Source of the DNA: Octopus sinensis | Taxonomy: Eukaryota | Assembly: GCF_006345805.1 (NCBI RefSeq) | Contig: NW_021835422.1 | Location: forward strand, 1-53,271 | DNA length: 53,271 bases | Direction: 5' to 3' | Shown: positions 11,035 to 26,146 of the stretch, one piece after another | Numbering within the stretch: position 1 is the stretch's first letter | How the letters are laid out: every line of letters begins with the position of its first letter | Position numbers and translations under genes: made by a program | The notes under the pieces: model-generated | What the model was told of the DNA's origin: nothing | Databases searched by the model: none | What the model saw: only the letters and a program-made list of their open reading frames with translations

Positions 11035-11235
11035 CTATTATGGTATAACAGACAAATTCAGTCACACCAGCATTGACAAGTATTCCTATTTGCGAGCTGC
11101 AGACTTAAGTGCATGGAACATTTTCTTTGCTAATTCTACATTGTCTGTAAGAAGAAGCAGATCATCTGCATAGTCGGCATCTGTTATTTCTACTGAAGGA
11201 TGTCTTCTACTTGTAGTTCTTTCAAGTGCAAATCC
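11035..11235 (-). mobile_element. RTE-clade LINE RT catalytic region (same insertion as 9781-10245)
   Basis: Translation SRRHPSVEITDADYADDLLLLTD; YADD at 11161-11172; collinear with the downstream fragment. Confidence 0.85.
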
Positions 11236-11244
11236 ATAATCTTT

Positions 11245-11655
11245 GCTGATGTCAAGACTAAAACAATACCTGTTGTTATAGGTGCACTAAGAATGATAGC
11301 AAAAGGGCTGATTGCTACCTAACTAAGATACCAGGAAACCCCTAAAATGGCAGAAATTCAAAAGGTAGTGCTCATGGGAAATGCCCAGATCCTACGTAAA
11401 ATACTTTCTATGTAATCTCAAGTTTTAAAACCAACTCATAATTTTCTTGTGTTTTCTTAAACCTTCACTAGAACAATACTACGTGCAAACCAAATATATG
11501 ACACCCTAGGCATTACACCAACATGAACTTCTAACTTGTCTCTTGAGGTCTCTGGGTGAGACTTGGAGCCAACTTGTACAAATGCAAAGCAAAAGTCAAA
11601 CATAATAATAATAATGATAATAATGATGATGATAATAATAATAATAATAATAACG

Positions 11656-11687
<32 letters not shown>

Positions 11688-11689
11688 GA

Positions 11690-11742
<53 letters not shown>
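11245..11742 (+). mobile_element. 3' end of an R4/Dong-type non-LTR retrotransposon with (TAA)n tail
   Basis: KTKTIPVVIGALRMIAKG...IPGNPKMAEIQKVVLMGNAQILRKILSM* resembles the C-terminus of restriction-like-endonuclease clades; 3' UTR then (TAA)n, the known Dong target repeat. Confidence 0.75.
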
Positions 11743-12049
11743 TGTGACCTAAGTCGACATTGGCATGATTTGAACTTAGAATATTGTGAGACAAAAGCTA
11801 ATGCTACAAAATAGCTATTTCAGCCACCCTCCACTCATTCGTCCTTCCATTCTTTCTCCGCCTTATTAAGCGTAGTGATCTTAATAATAATTAAACCATT
11901 CCTAATTATGATTTAGTTTCATATAGGAAAAAATATAATTAGCTGCAATATAAATGTTACGACGCTTGTCAAACCTCTTGGCATATCTGGTTAAATTCAT
12001 CGCCGGATAATGATTCAAGATTCTTAGAAATATAAAGTTATACACCAAT

Positions 12050-12365
12050 CACTATACATGCACAGTTATACATACATATATGCATGTAGGTGTGTATACA
12101 TACAAACATTCAGATATTAGCATATATATATATGCACATACATATACAAACACACATATGTACGCATGTATAAACATACAAATGTATACTTGCACTCACA
12201 TACACAAGGCCATTTTAACGTGTATACATATATATATATATTATCTTTATATAAAGTTAACTGTATACGTATGTATATATACATATATACAAACATCATA
12301 TATATAATATATATATAAATGTATGTATACATTATGTATGTATATATACATATATACAAACATGC

Positions 12366-12397
<32 letters not shown>

Positions 12398-12545
12398 ACA
12401 TGTATGTATGTATATATACATATATACAAACATGCATATATATATATAATATATATATATATATGCATATATACGTACATGTACGAATACACGCATATTC
12501 TTCAAGCAAGCACAAGATTATGCACACACACACATTTTGTGCGTG

Positions 12546-12586
<41 letters not shown>

Positions 12587-14280
12587 GACACACAAATATA
12601 TATACGTATACACGCATATAATATATATACCTATACTCTCATATTCTTCGAGCAAGTACAAGATTATATACACACACACACAGACACATTTTGTGCGTGT
12701 ATATAAATATACATATATATAGACAGAGGCACACAAATAAGTTCACATAGGCAAACACTCACACATACACACGCTGTTAAACGCGGCGCACATTCTTCCA
12801 CGTCTACACGGAAGCGCGTAGACGAATGAGAAACAGTTGTTGTACAAAGACAAATTTAATTAAAACTGCAATTCATTTCAATATCTGTACAGTTATAAAA
12901 ACATCACTGCAGTTATATTTATGTCATTTTCTTATGAACCGACGTCACGGATATCGATAAAATTTCTATGGAAATTAAACAAAAAATGACAAGAACGAGA
13001 AGAAGAATAACAAATTTGGTATTTAAGACAAACACACACAAACTGGTATACGCAAACACACACACGCACGCGCACGCGCACGCGGGCGCGGTGATACATT
13101 TACATCCATCCTCACATACGTACGTACATACACATATTTATGCGTATACATACGCATACATTCCCACACACATATATATGCAAACATATACATATATATG
13201 CATATATAGTTATACATATGCATATATATATGCATACATAGTTATACATATGCATATATATATGCATACATATATGTATATATGCATATATGTATATATA
13301 TATATGCGTATATATGTATATGTATGTATATATATATATATGCACATATATATATATACATACATATACATATATACGCATATATATACATACATATACA
13401 TGCATGTATACATACATATATATAATATGCATATACATATATATGCATGTAGATGCATATATATATATATATATACATATACATGCATATACATACACAT
13501 ACGTATGCATATATATATGTATACATATACATGCATATACATACACATACGCATGCATATATATATATACACATACATACACATATATGCATATATATAT
13601 ACATATACATGCATATATATATACATATACAGTAGCAATAGACAGACACGTAGACACACACACACATATATATATATATATACATATAAACGCATAAATG
13701 CACGGACACAACAGACTTATACGCACCCGTATATATGTAATAAAAACATGCATACACAACAACACGCCTACATCCATATAGGTACACAGGACACATCGTA
13801 TATATCTGTATATATATGCATGTATATATTTATATATATACATGTATGTATTCATATATATATATATATATATATACATATATATATTCATATAATATAT
13901 ATATATATATATATATATCTGTATAGACGTAATCATGCATGCATATACGTATGTATGCATACATGTATATATGTATACATATATATATATATATATGCAT
14001 GCATATATATGCATTTTTGCGTATACGTATAGATGTATGCATATGTGCATATTTTCATATATGTATATGTATGTATATATATGTGTGTATGTATGTATGT
14101 ATGTATGTATGTATGCATGCATGCATGGCGTATGTATGTAGCATATAATGTATATGTTAATTTATATGCATGTATAATGTAATGTATTTGTTGTATGTAT
14201 GTATGTATGTATGTATGTATGTATGTGTATGTATGTATGTATGTATGTGTATATGTATAGATGTATGTATAACATTTCAT
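12050..14280. repeat. Large compound (TA)/(CA)/(TACA) microsatellite field with a small unique island at 12770-13030
   Basis: Directly visible. Confidence 0.85.
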
Positions 14281-14779
14281 AGGTAAAATCGACTGCTACA
14301 CGTCTCTTATATGATCGTGGATTTCTCTTTACGTTTCCTTGCATTCCGATATATCTGTTTGTTTTTGTTAGTCTGCTGTTTATATTTATATCTATGTCCC
14401 TATTGACTTTATTTTATTCTCTTCTCTTCTATTCTATTCTATTTTATTTCATTTCATTTAACCAGCAAAGAAATCACAACATAGAATAATGGTTTAGAAG
14501 AAGGGTAAACATGAGCAAAGTCTTGTCTGCAATGTTCTGCTAATAGAAAGTCTATAATTACAGTAGCTCGCCTCAGATACTGATTTGAAAGGCTGTGTAA
14601 GAGAGTAATGTTTGATTGGCTAGTCGGGAATAACTGCCAAGACAATTTTGACCTCCCGTAAACATGTTAACCTTCTGCTAATGATGTAATATTATTGCTT
14701 GGTCGATGGAGCATATAAATCAAGGTCTTTATGAAATGAAAGGAAACAGGCGACAGAGATTAGTTAAAGCAAGAGAAAG

Positions 14780-15718
14780 GAGAGAAGAGGAGATAGGGTG
14801 AGATATATATAAATATATATATATATATAGAGAGAGAGGGAGAGGGTGAAAAGAGAGAGAGTATGAGGGGAAAGGAAAGAGGGGTATGAGAGAAGGGGAG
14901 AGATATGCGAAATGAGAGAGAAGGAGAAGAGAGAGAAGAGAGAGGAGGAGAGAGGGATGGGGGGGAGAGGGGAAGAGAGGGATGGGAGGGAGAGGGGAAG
15001 AGAGAGAGGGAAAAGAGGAAGGGAAGAGAGAGGGAGGAAAAGAGAAGGGGAGAGAAAGAAGAAAAGAAAAAAAGATGGAGAGAAGGGAAAGAGAGAGAGG
15101 GATAAGAGGGAGGGGGGAAAAGAGAGAGGGTATACTGTGAATGTGGGTTGGAGGAGGAGGAGAAGAAAAATGACTGAGAATGAGGAGAGAGAGAGAGAGA
15201 AAGAATTCTGCTGTGAGTGTAGGTAGTTGGAGAAAAACAATGATAGAGTGAGGGAGAGAGAGAGAGACAGAGACAGAGAGATTGAGAGAGAAGGGGGAGA
15301 CAGAGAGAGATTGAGAGAGAGAGAGAGAGAGAGAGAAAGAAGAGGGAGAGAGACAGACAGACAAGGAAAGAGAGACAGTGTGTGTAAGAGATATTCAATG
15401 TGGGTGTGTATGTTTATATAGAAGAGTGTGTATCTGTATTAGAAGCAGTGTATGTGTGCGTGTGTGTAAAAGAGAGGAAGAAAGAGTAAACGAAAGTCTC
15501 TGCCAGTGAGAATATCAGTTTGCGTATATGAAATGGCATCTGTTTGAGAGAGAGAAAGAGAGGGGTGGAGGGAGAGAGAGAGAAAGAGAGAGGTGGAGGG
15601 AGAGTATGTATGTAGGTATGTGAGTAAAAGAGAGACAGAGGCAAAGTATGCGTTTGAGTACAAGAGAGACTGTGTCTGTGAGAGGGTGTATGTAAGGAAA
15701 AGTGAAAGTGTGTGCGTA

Positions 15719-15755
<37 letters not shown>

Positions 15756-15830
15756 AAGATAGGGTGGGAGAGAGAATATCAGTGAAGGAGAGTGTACAAG
15801 AATTATCAGAGAAGACTTGTATATGTAGGA

Positions 15831-15886
<56 letters not shown>

Positions 15887-16030
15887 TAGAATGAGGAATT
15901 AGAGGAGAAGGAGGAGAATGAAGAAAAAGGAGGAAAGAAGAAGAAGAAGAAGAAGAAGAAGAAGAAAAAGAAGAAGAAAAAGAAGAAGAAGAAGAAAAAG
16001 AAGATGATGATGATGATAAGGAAGGAAGGT
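14780..16030. repeat. Polypurine (GA/GAA) low-complexity tracts
   Basis: Strongly purine-biased plus strand with (GA)n and (GAA)n runs. Confidence 0.85.
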
Positions 16031-16464
16031 AGCTAGGAATGGTAAGTGGCGGGAAAGTTCGTGTCGCAAAAATCGGTGCCATTCGACCGAGAAACATCTT
16101 GCTTCCAAATTAATTTGAAAAAAAAAAAAAAATCACTCTGTGATATTTCATCGTTGAATGAAGGACGAGATATCGAAGGAGACGAGTACAGAAAGGTGGT
16201 GGTGGTGGTGGTGGTGGCGGTGGTGGTGGTGCTGGCGTTGACGTTGGCGTTAGCGTTTGCGGTGGGGAGGGGTGGTCTGGTCGGAGTGGATGCTGCGTGG
16301 ATTTGCTAGAGAATCCTTCTTTAGAATCACGTGCTCGCTAGTTTTTGCCAATTAGTGACGAAACCGTTGTCAAGTTAAGTCGATGTCTGATTTCTGGGAC
16401 ACATGATGCTGTTTCTCTTTGCTATATTACACGACTTCATACAGCCTGTTATCATTATCATTGT

Positions 16465-16500
<36 letters not shown>

Positions 16501-16554
16501 GTATTATTTTTATTATCATCATCATCATCAACATCATCGTTTATCTGGCGACGT

Positions 16555-16613
<59 letters not shown>

Positions 16614-17438
16614 GAGAGTATGTGTCTTGTCTTGTTGTCTTTGACCTCGTCTTTTCTCGAATGTTCTTTTAATCCTTTTCAATATGGCTGCTATTCAATC
16701 CGATCAGAAACTCCTCACGGGATTAGCTTTGTATCAAACAATGATAACATTCACCAACGATCACTACGGGACTCTGTAGATTTCCAGTAAAAACTTACAC
16801 AAAGATCAATAACAACAACAACAGTAATAATAATAATGATAATAATAATAATAATAATAATATAATAATAATAATAATAATAATAATGACAACCGTTACA
16901 ACTGAAACAACGGCAACAACATAGAGTAATACAGAATAAATCAGTAATAGCCAACGCTCTCCTGTTCGGTGAGATCAATTTGATGTACTTTCTTTCTCTT
17001 GTACGATAGCGGTATCCATTTGCTTTAAGATTTCATTGGGGAATTTTCGGTAAAAATGATGGCGGCCATCTTAAGGGACATGACATCGGCTGATTCTTAT
17101 TGAATACACCTTTCTGTCAGAATAGACAACGTCAAGTGACAAAAGTATCCAGAATCAGAGACTTCTATTTAGTTTGGGGTTCCGAGCAATTTGAGAAGAA
17201 TTCCCTTGAAAAATATCTATCCATATGTATGTGTGTGAGTGTGTACGTGTGTGTGTGAGTGTGTGTGTATGTATAATTATGGTAAATAAGTATGTGTGGA
17301 AGTACGTGTGGTGTAATCAGAGATGGTTCTGTATAGTCATCATACGATTAAATAGATGTGCCTACATACATACGTAAACGTGTAGGCGAGTGTGTATGTA
17401 TGTGTGTGTGCGCGTGTGTATTTATTCATGTATGTGTG

Positions 17439-17469
<31 letters not shown>

Positions 17470-17738
17470 GGTATACAGTGTTTGAGCTAAATTAGGCGAT
17501 ATTTACGTTTCCCTTTTTCAGGAATAGTTTGATGTACTGGCGAATAGACAACGGCGTTGGAGAGCATAAAGATTAAAGCTGTAGCTGAGAAAAAGTTAGC
17601 TGACATAGAGAATTGGAAGCCATCTGACTATTAGAAAAGAGTTACTGGTATCATGATGATCAGCGCCGGATAACAAAATGCTGAAATCATGACTGCTGCT
17701 CAATGCTCTGTGAATACTGTAAAGGCTTAAGATGCGAC

Positions 17739-18078
17739 GTGGGCAGCTGCAACAGAGACTATGAAGCCGTGGGCGCTGCAACAGAGACTACGAAGCCGTG
17801 GGCAGCTGCAACAGAGACTACGAAGTCGTGGGCAGCTGCAACAGAGACTACGGACCCGTGGGCAGCTGCAACAGAGACTATGAAGCCGTGGGTAGCTGCA
17901 ACAGAGACTACGAAGCCGTGGGCAGCTGCAACAGAGACTACGAAGCCGTGGGCAGCTACAACAGAGACTACGAAGCCGTGGGTAGCTGCAACAGAGACTA
18001 CGAAGCCGTGGGCAGCTGCAACAGAGACTACGAAGCCGTGGGCAGCTGCAACAGAGACTACGAAGCCGTGGGCAGCTG
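17739..18078 (+). repeat. 30-bp minisatellite GTGGGCAGCTGCAACAGAGACTACGAAGCC, 11 units plus a partial
   Basis: Units counted directly; unit 2 is 29 bp. Confidence 0.95.
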
Positions 18079-18421
18079 GAAGCGAGATAGCAGGTGTTCT
18101 CAATGTATCCAAATGCCATAATTCACCCAAAAGCTGAAGAACAAAGCCTCGAATTCGATGCAGACGACTTTGTGAAGCTGCTGGAGATTGTGGTCAAAAG
18201 GTAGCTGGAAAGTGTAGGACACATACAAGGCAAGATTCGACTCTTATCTGTGTGGCACAGTTGAGAAAGGCACCAATCACTCTGCCGAGCTAGTGGCCAA
18301 GGTCAAGGACGTTTTTGAAGATCTTTCTAAGGCCACACTGAGGAACGCATGTACCAGGTTATGGAGCCGGCTTCAAGCCGTGGTGGAAGCTACTTTGATT
18401 AAACTATTAACTCCTAGGCAT

Positions 18422-18719
18422 GGCCCAGTAGTTAGGGCAGCGGACTCGCGGTTTCGATTCCCAGACCGAGCGTTGTGTGTGCTTATTGAGCGAAAACACT
18501 TAAAGCTCCACGAGACTCGGGTGGGGGTGGCGACCCATGGTGTACTCTTTCGCCCCAACTTTCTCTCACTCTTTCTTCCTGTTTCTTGAGTAACGCTGCG
18601 ATGGACTGGCGTCCCGTCCAGCTGTGTGCGTGTGGGGGGGGGGGCAAGTACGCCATAGAAACCGAGAAACCGGGCCCATGAGCCTGGCTCGACTTGAAAA
18701 GGGCGCATAAATAAAAATA
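18422..18719 (+). mobile_element. SINE head A plus tail X with 16-bp target-site duplication
   Basis: TSD ATTAACTCCTAGGCAT at 18406-18421 and 18720-18735; A-box GGCCCAGTAG, B-box GGTTTCGATTCC. Confidence 0.85.
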
Positions 18720-19397
18720 ATTAACTCCTAGGCATAGTGTAGTTGATATCATTAAATTTTGAAAATATCTATATTTTTAGATAGGATACAGTGTTTTCCT
18801 TTTACGCAAACTGTCAAATTTAGCCCGAACACCTTTTTAATATATATATATATATATATATATTATAGTTTAGGTAGTTAAAAGTGATGGCTGATAATAG
18901 CGCGACCATTGGTTTCGCACCTATTAAGCGTTTAGCAATATAAGGAATTGGTCAGACTCAGGTAGCTGAAGTCACCGTGAAGATGCCTCTTCAGCCATTT
19001 GAGCAATCGCTTTATAAATGCGAAACCGATGGTCTCTCTATGACCGACCATAACTTTTAGCTTCCTAAAAAGATAAATTACTGTTCTAATACTTTAGAGT
19101 GTGTTTCTTTTTCGGATATATGAACTACTGACAACATACATACACACATGTCTAGATATGCAACTATATGCATGAGAATACATACATAAAACATACAAAT
19201 CTGCACATACATACTTACATACATTCATTCAACAATACCCTGTTGTTGATGTTGAAATTCAAATTCCAATGAAGGAGCCTTGGATCTAGGTTAGAAACCG
19301 GTTCTTTCTCTATTGGCAAGAAATCTTAAACTAAATAATGACATACATACACCACACACACGCACATATACATATATGCTGAACACTAAAATCTGCA

Positions 19398-19435
<38 letters not shown>

Positions 19436-19631
19436 ATTTTCTCTTATTCCTTTCTGTCGAAGAGCGTAGGCTCGAAATGTAAAAAAAACTTTTTCATTTT
19501 TCCCGTGCGTCAAACTAATACACCTGATTGTCGTTCATACACCCGTCTTCGTCTTTTGGTTTTCTATATATTTCAACTACATTATATATATATATATATA
19601 TATTGTATATACTAGTTTTCACCGTATATAT

Positions 19632-19962
19632 TGTCAGTATGGCTTAGTGGTTATGGTGCTCAGTTGTTTACGATCTTAAGGTCGCGAGTTAGATTATTTC
19701 TGGCGGTGGGTTGTATCCTTGAGCAAGACGCTTTATTTCACCTTGCTACACAGTCTGCTCATCTGGCAAAAATGAGTTGTACCTGTAATTCCAAGGGGCC
19801 AGCCTTATCGCATTCTGTGTCACATTTAATCTCCTTGAGAATTATGTTAAAGGAACGCGTGACTGTGGAGTGCTCAGCCACTTGCACGTTAATTTCACGA
19901 GCGCGCTGTTCCATTGATCGCATGAACTGGGACCCTCGTCGTCGTAATCGACGGAGTGCCAG
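19632..19962 (+). mobile_element. SINE head B plus tail Y
   Basis: A-box TGGCTTAGTGG; CCTTGAGCAAGAC core; tail ending CGTCGTAATCGACGGAGTGCC. Confidence 0.75.
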
Positions 19963-20534
19963 TTATATATATATATATATATCTTGTTAATATTGAGGGC
20001 ATTACTATACATAAATGCCACCCGCTAGGAGGGACTCTTAAAGTCAAAACTACCAAAATAAATAAATACACAGTTTCGAATACGAGGGAATGCAACTCCC
20101 GAAGCGAGCCTTTTAAAAGCAGAATTCAGCTGCATATCACATGATTTCATAATTAGTGCACAAATCCACTTTTTAATCTTCAGTGCAAGCATAATTCAAG
20201 ATTTGTAAAAAATGAACAAAAATCAACATATCAGACGAACACCAGCGTATCCAGCGTAGCATATAGAATTGTTCACCCTTTACACATCTATGTAAAAGGC
20301 GAGCTTTTTCGAATTGCATATCGGTACAACGTGTTTATTTGGAATAAAATTCAGCATTCAATATACTCCGGTTAAATTTACAATTTAAAAATAGGCATTT
20401 ATGTATAGTAATGCTCTTAATATAAATAAATTATATTTAAGAGAAAAATTGATGGATTTTTCTCTTATGAGGTTTTTCATGCTAACTACTTGATAAATTC
20501 TTATAAAGATTTTATTCTATTTTAAAATTGTGTG

Positions 20535-20567
<33 letters not shown>

Positions 20568-21654
20568 TAAGGTGATACTAGTAGATAACCCGGCTGAATC
20601 AAATAGTTGATCGTGGTGCGCGAGTTGGTGAAAAGGTAGTAACGTATTTCATGATTTTCGTGAAATACACATTCAAGACATATAGCAGTAGAAATTCACG
20701 TCGCTCATTTACACTAATCTTACTCTATCAGATTTGTTGCACCTCCACATTGTTCTGGCATCGTATGTTATTCTAAAATAAATATAAAACAATGACACCG
20801 AGATACGATTCCATTTGAAGGCACTCTAAGGAATTAAAAGCAAAATCAAAATTGATTGACCACTCCCATACTTGGTGTCGTATTCGGTGTGTAACACCAG
20901 GTGAGGAGTTGTGGTTAAGTCGTGGGTCAGCTCTGAAATAGCGGACCAAAGATATAAGTCATTCCGACCATGATCACGAAGATAATATCCATCGTCAAAT
21001 ACATTAGCCAATGCAAAGTTATGTATGTTTATATCTAATATGTTCGGGTACGCTCAAACGTTGAAAGACCTTTGCTGCAGTAACTGTCTATTAAAACGAA
21101 GTGAAATTCTTTTAATAAACAGGCTGTGTGTGTGTGTGTGAAAACACACCGATCTGTGCTTTGTATAAGGCCACTAGATCATTAGACACATGTTTCTGGG
21201 TCGTTCTACTTAATCAGCTACAGGCACAGAATCGTCGTTCATGACATACTTAAAGCTTCCATTTAGACATGAAACTGATAAATAATAAATTTGTTGGCGT
21301 GTGCAAAGCTTTGTCAAGCTGGAATCATTTAAATCAGAAGCAGCGAAAAAAAAAAAAGAAAATAACTGTGGAATCTTATATTTCATACATTCGTGTGCAC
21401 TCCAACACGGATAGACTACCACGGTGGCAACTACCTCGGAAGAGAAAATTTTTCTTTGCTGCTACTACAGCTAAGTCGAGTATTGTCTGGTTTAAAATAC
21501 GTCTTTTTAGTCATTTATTACCAATTCATTCTTTATTAAGTAGACCCATAGGTAGAGCATTCCATATATGACCACTCCGTCTTATTGTCAAATAATGTAA
21601 CCAGAATTTTTCGTTGTGGAACATGTTCTTCTCTTTTTAATATTTACAGGTAGA

Positions 21655-21770
21655 AAAGAAGTGAGCTGGCAGAAATATTAGCACGCGGGGCGAAATGTTT
21701 AGAGTATTTCGTCTGTCTCGACTGGCTCCCTCCCTAATAAATTTCGGGCCTTGTGCCTAGTGTAGAAAAG
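21655..21770 (+). mobile_element. SINE D, internally deleted
   Basis: GAGCTGGCAGAAATATTAGCACGCGGGGCGAAATG head joined to GGGCCTTGTGCC tail. Confidence 0.6.
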
Positions 21771-22299
21771 AATATTAACAGGTAGAGTTTTGAAAGCATT
21801 TTAACTGCTATTTCAGGCAGCTTCCTAGACCGTGTAGAAGGTCGCGTTGGTTCACAATTTGAGGATATTTCGGTGGGATCAAGCGCCGAAGCTGTCGTCA
21901 TGCGATATTATTAACAGAACATTTATTATCATCAACAGATGTTATAATCTGTATAGAGTCGTCTGATCGAACATATTAATGAGAAACTTCAGCAGACGAC
22001 TCCAGTGACGGAGGCGAAGCAGACGACAGCGAGGATGACGATGCATAATGACTGCAACGTCACCAAATATGACGTCAGAAACGGATACAATGAGACAATT
22101 TGGTTCCCGCCAATCGAATTTAATGCTAGTTTTTGACTGAAGTTTTATTCCATAATGGAAGTAGGTAAGCATCGTTAAGTTAATCAAATATAATCAATAA
22201 GAAGACGTAGAGACGAAAAGTGATTTGCATCAGCAAAAGTTAATACTGTGAAAAAAAAAGTCAAATTTGAGGTATATAATCGTGCTACATAGGCATACA

Positions 22300-23660
<1,361 letters not shown>

Positions 23661-24176
23661 TATGTAAGAATCGATATTATATATGTTATATTACGTTATC
23701 TGTCGTATCAGTCCCCCCTTCTCTAGTGATCGATAAAACAAAACAAAAAAAATTATACAATAAAATAAATTAAACTAAAATAAAATGAAAATAAAAGGCT
23801 GCAGCATTATCATCGAAATAACCATATTCATGAAAAACAGCAATAGCGCTTAACTGGTGTCGCCATCTTTGCTAAATGAAAATAATATAAATATATGAAA
23901 GAACGTTTGAAAAATAAAACATAGAAGGAAAATGTCTGCCTGACTATTCATTACTCGTTTTTTTTTTCTTTCATAAATGCTTGGGTTTGGTTACGGGCTG
24001 GGTCTTTTATTTTTGTGTTCTTTCGCAGTGGAAATCCATCGGGAATTGGAGTAAAGTAACTATGAAGAAATTAAGCGTAAACCAAGTATAAACGGAACAA
24101 AGTCGACTTCATCATCATTGCTAAAGTGCTAAGCATTCGTCCTCTTAACCGCCATAATAGCCAACATGTGAAAGTC

Positions 24177-24345
24177 AGGCATGGCTGTGTGGGTTAAGAA
24201 GCTCAATTTGCAGTTGCATGGTTCCGGGTTCAGTTCCACTCCACAGCACCTTGAGCGAGTGTCTTCTACTATAGCCTTGTGATGACTAATACCCTTGTTA
24301 ATGAATTTTGTAGACAGAAGCAATGTGGAAACCCGCCGTGTGTAT
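24177..24345 (+). mobile_element. SINE C, 5' part
   Basis: GGCTGTGTGG..GGTTCCGGGTTCAG..CACCTTGAGCGAGTGTCTTCTACTATAGCC. Confidence 0.7.
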
Positions 24346-24675
24346 ATATATATATATATATTGCATAAAGGATCGTGGGTAAGGCCAGAACAATGCGAAG
24401 TAAATGCATCGAACTAACATCTTCTGTAAACATGACAGACGCTCCACCATTGGACCAAAGCAAATCCTTCGAATTAATCTTTTCATTTTGGACATTTTCT
24501 TATTACCATTGAGAATCGTATGTTGTTTATATCATACGGATTTTAGAAACGTCAAGAGAACGTGAACTAATTGTTTTTAACAGTTAACTCGAAGGAGATA
24601 GTGCTATAAATAACCCAATATTTATACGTTTTTATTTATAGCTTTATCAACTTCGAGTCCAACCATTAAAACGAA

Positions 24676-24717
<42 letters not shown>

Positions 24718-25988
24718 ATATATTTGTTAATTGAGATGATGACACTGGATAAGTCACATTTCTTCTTTAGAATTCGTCAAAGTGCACTGAAACAATTTAT
24801 AAGGAAAAGGAGAAACAATGAACCAAATAAGTGTTATCATGTGACTCTTAAAATGCTTTGACTATCTTATGCACTGAGTACTTTGCCTTAAATTAATGTT
24901 TTGAAACGAGTATTTAGAATAATGCACTCATATAGATATACAGCCACATAGACGTTCCCATAGAAACTCATAATGAAATGCTGAAAAAACAAACACAAAA
25001 AACTGGAATATTTTATGAACTTATGTAAGCAGCGACAAAGCACTTGATGCAGCGAGACATTTATACGAACACACGCACATACATGCATACATATATACAT
25101 GCATAGACATATACATAAATAGAAACAGATATATATACACATGCATACATAAAAATACACACACGCAGAGACATGAATGCGTACGCACATACATATATAC
25201 ATACATATGAATACGTAAGTAACAATGTGAATGAGCTAAGTTTATGAGAAAAAGAAATGGGCCAGTTAATTCGCACCGTTACAATTTGTAAGGGGAACAG
25301 GAAAAATGTGCAAGACTTTTCTCAAGTTTGAAAATTGAATTTATTTTTGGTATTTACATTCCAGACGGCGCTTTGTAGCTTTGTGAGAAACCGGTTCCTT
25401 CCGCAGAAGAAGATTTTGAAATATTTACAAAAGAGACGAGAACTCATCCATAAACACATACACACAATGGCACGTATACACACACACACATTTATATGAC
25501 TACAAATATCAAATATCAAAGGGTGTATAGCAAAAAGATCTCATATTCTACGATCCAGCAACTCCAGCTCACTGCCTGAAGATCTGAAATTTTTAGCAGG
25601 TGTAGACACATGAACAAGTTTCTTTTATGGAACTGGAAGGCACCACCTGCTCTGGATTGAGTCTTGCAGACTTAGACATATTTTCTGTTATTTTGTTCTA
25701 AACCAGTTGTATTTAATGAGCCTTTTGTAATCAGAGAAGGCGAGGATCGTAATTCTTGAATGAATTTCCCTTTATTCGTTCCATCTTTTGCACCAACCTT
25801 ATCGTTTTTTTCCACGTTTTTCTAAGTTTTCGACTGACTAGCATCCTTCATTTTTAAAACATATATAACGCATAAACAGAGTCTGGAAGATAGCTTTTAG
25901 ATACGTGGCGTATTTTATAAATATGCCTGTTCAAGTATCATAATAGTATGAAACTATTAGCAGCTCTTTCGGTTGTGTATTTAAATTG

Positions 25989-26025
<37 letters not shown>

Positions 26026-26098
26026 AATATGATATAATAATAACAAATAATATATTAGTTTGACACACATATTTAATATGTTATTTATGGAAACGCAC

Positions 26099-26146
<48 letters not shown>

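Larger units (their letters stand above)
17476..18835 (+). mobile_element. Internally deleted Tc1/mariner-superfamily (maT-like) transposon
   Basis: Diverged TIRs CAGTGTTTGAGCTAAATT / AATTTAGCCCGAACACCT, TA at left; N-terminal (EIMTAAQCSVNTVKA) and C-terminal (YLCGTVEKGTN..KVKDVFEDL..NACTRLWSRLQAVVEA) transposase fragments; subfamily is inference. Confidence 0.6.

Noticed and set aside
12968-14032. 354-aa ORF and the many other YI/HT/CV/ER/LS-rich ORFs in the track
   Set aside because: Translations of (TA)n, (CA)n, (TG)n and (GA)n microsatellites, which lack stops in some frames; no domain content
14600-14725. ATTGG (CCAAT) plus TATAAA as a promoter
   Set aside because: Short motifs expected by chance in AT-rich DNA; no downstream gene identified
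17739-18078. CRISPR-like array
   Set aside because: Contiguous units with no unique spacers, eukaryotic context, no cas genes; same for 48018-48327
20577-20600. ACTAGTAGATAACCCGGC as a minus-strand Helitron 3' end
   Set aside because: Only half of the expected hairpin is present and no second copy in the window supports it
21940-22050. Acidic peptide ETSADDSSDGGEADDSEDDDA as an exon
   Set aside because: In-frame stops immediately upstream and no usable splice acceptor in that frame
24360-24500. Overlapping minus-strand ORFs in a unique island
   Set aside because: No recognisable motif and no donor/acceptor pair
25571-25600. CTGC-CTGAAGA-TCT-GAAA-TTTTTA-GCAG hammerhead-like string
   Set aside because: No stem II possible (3 nt); consistent with chance
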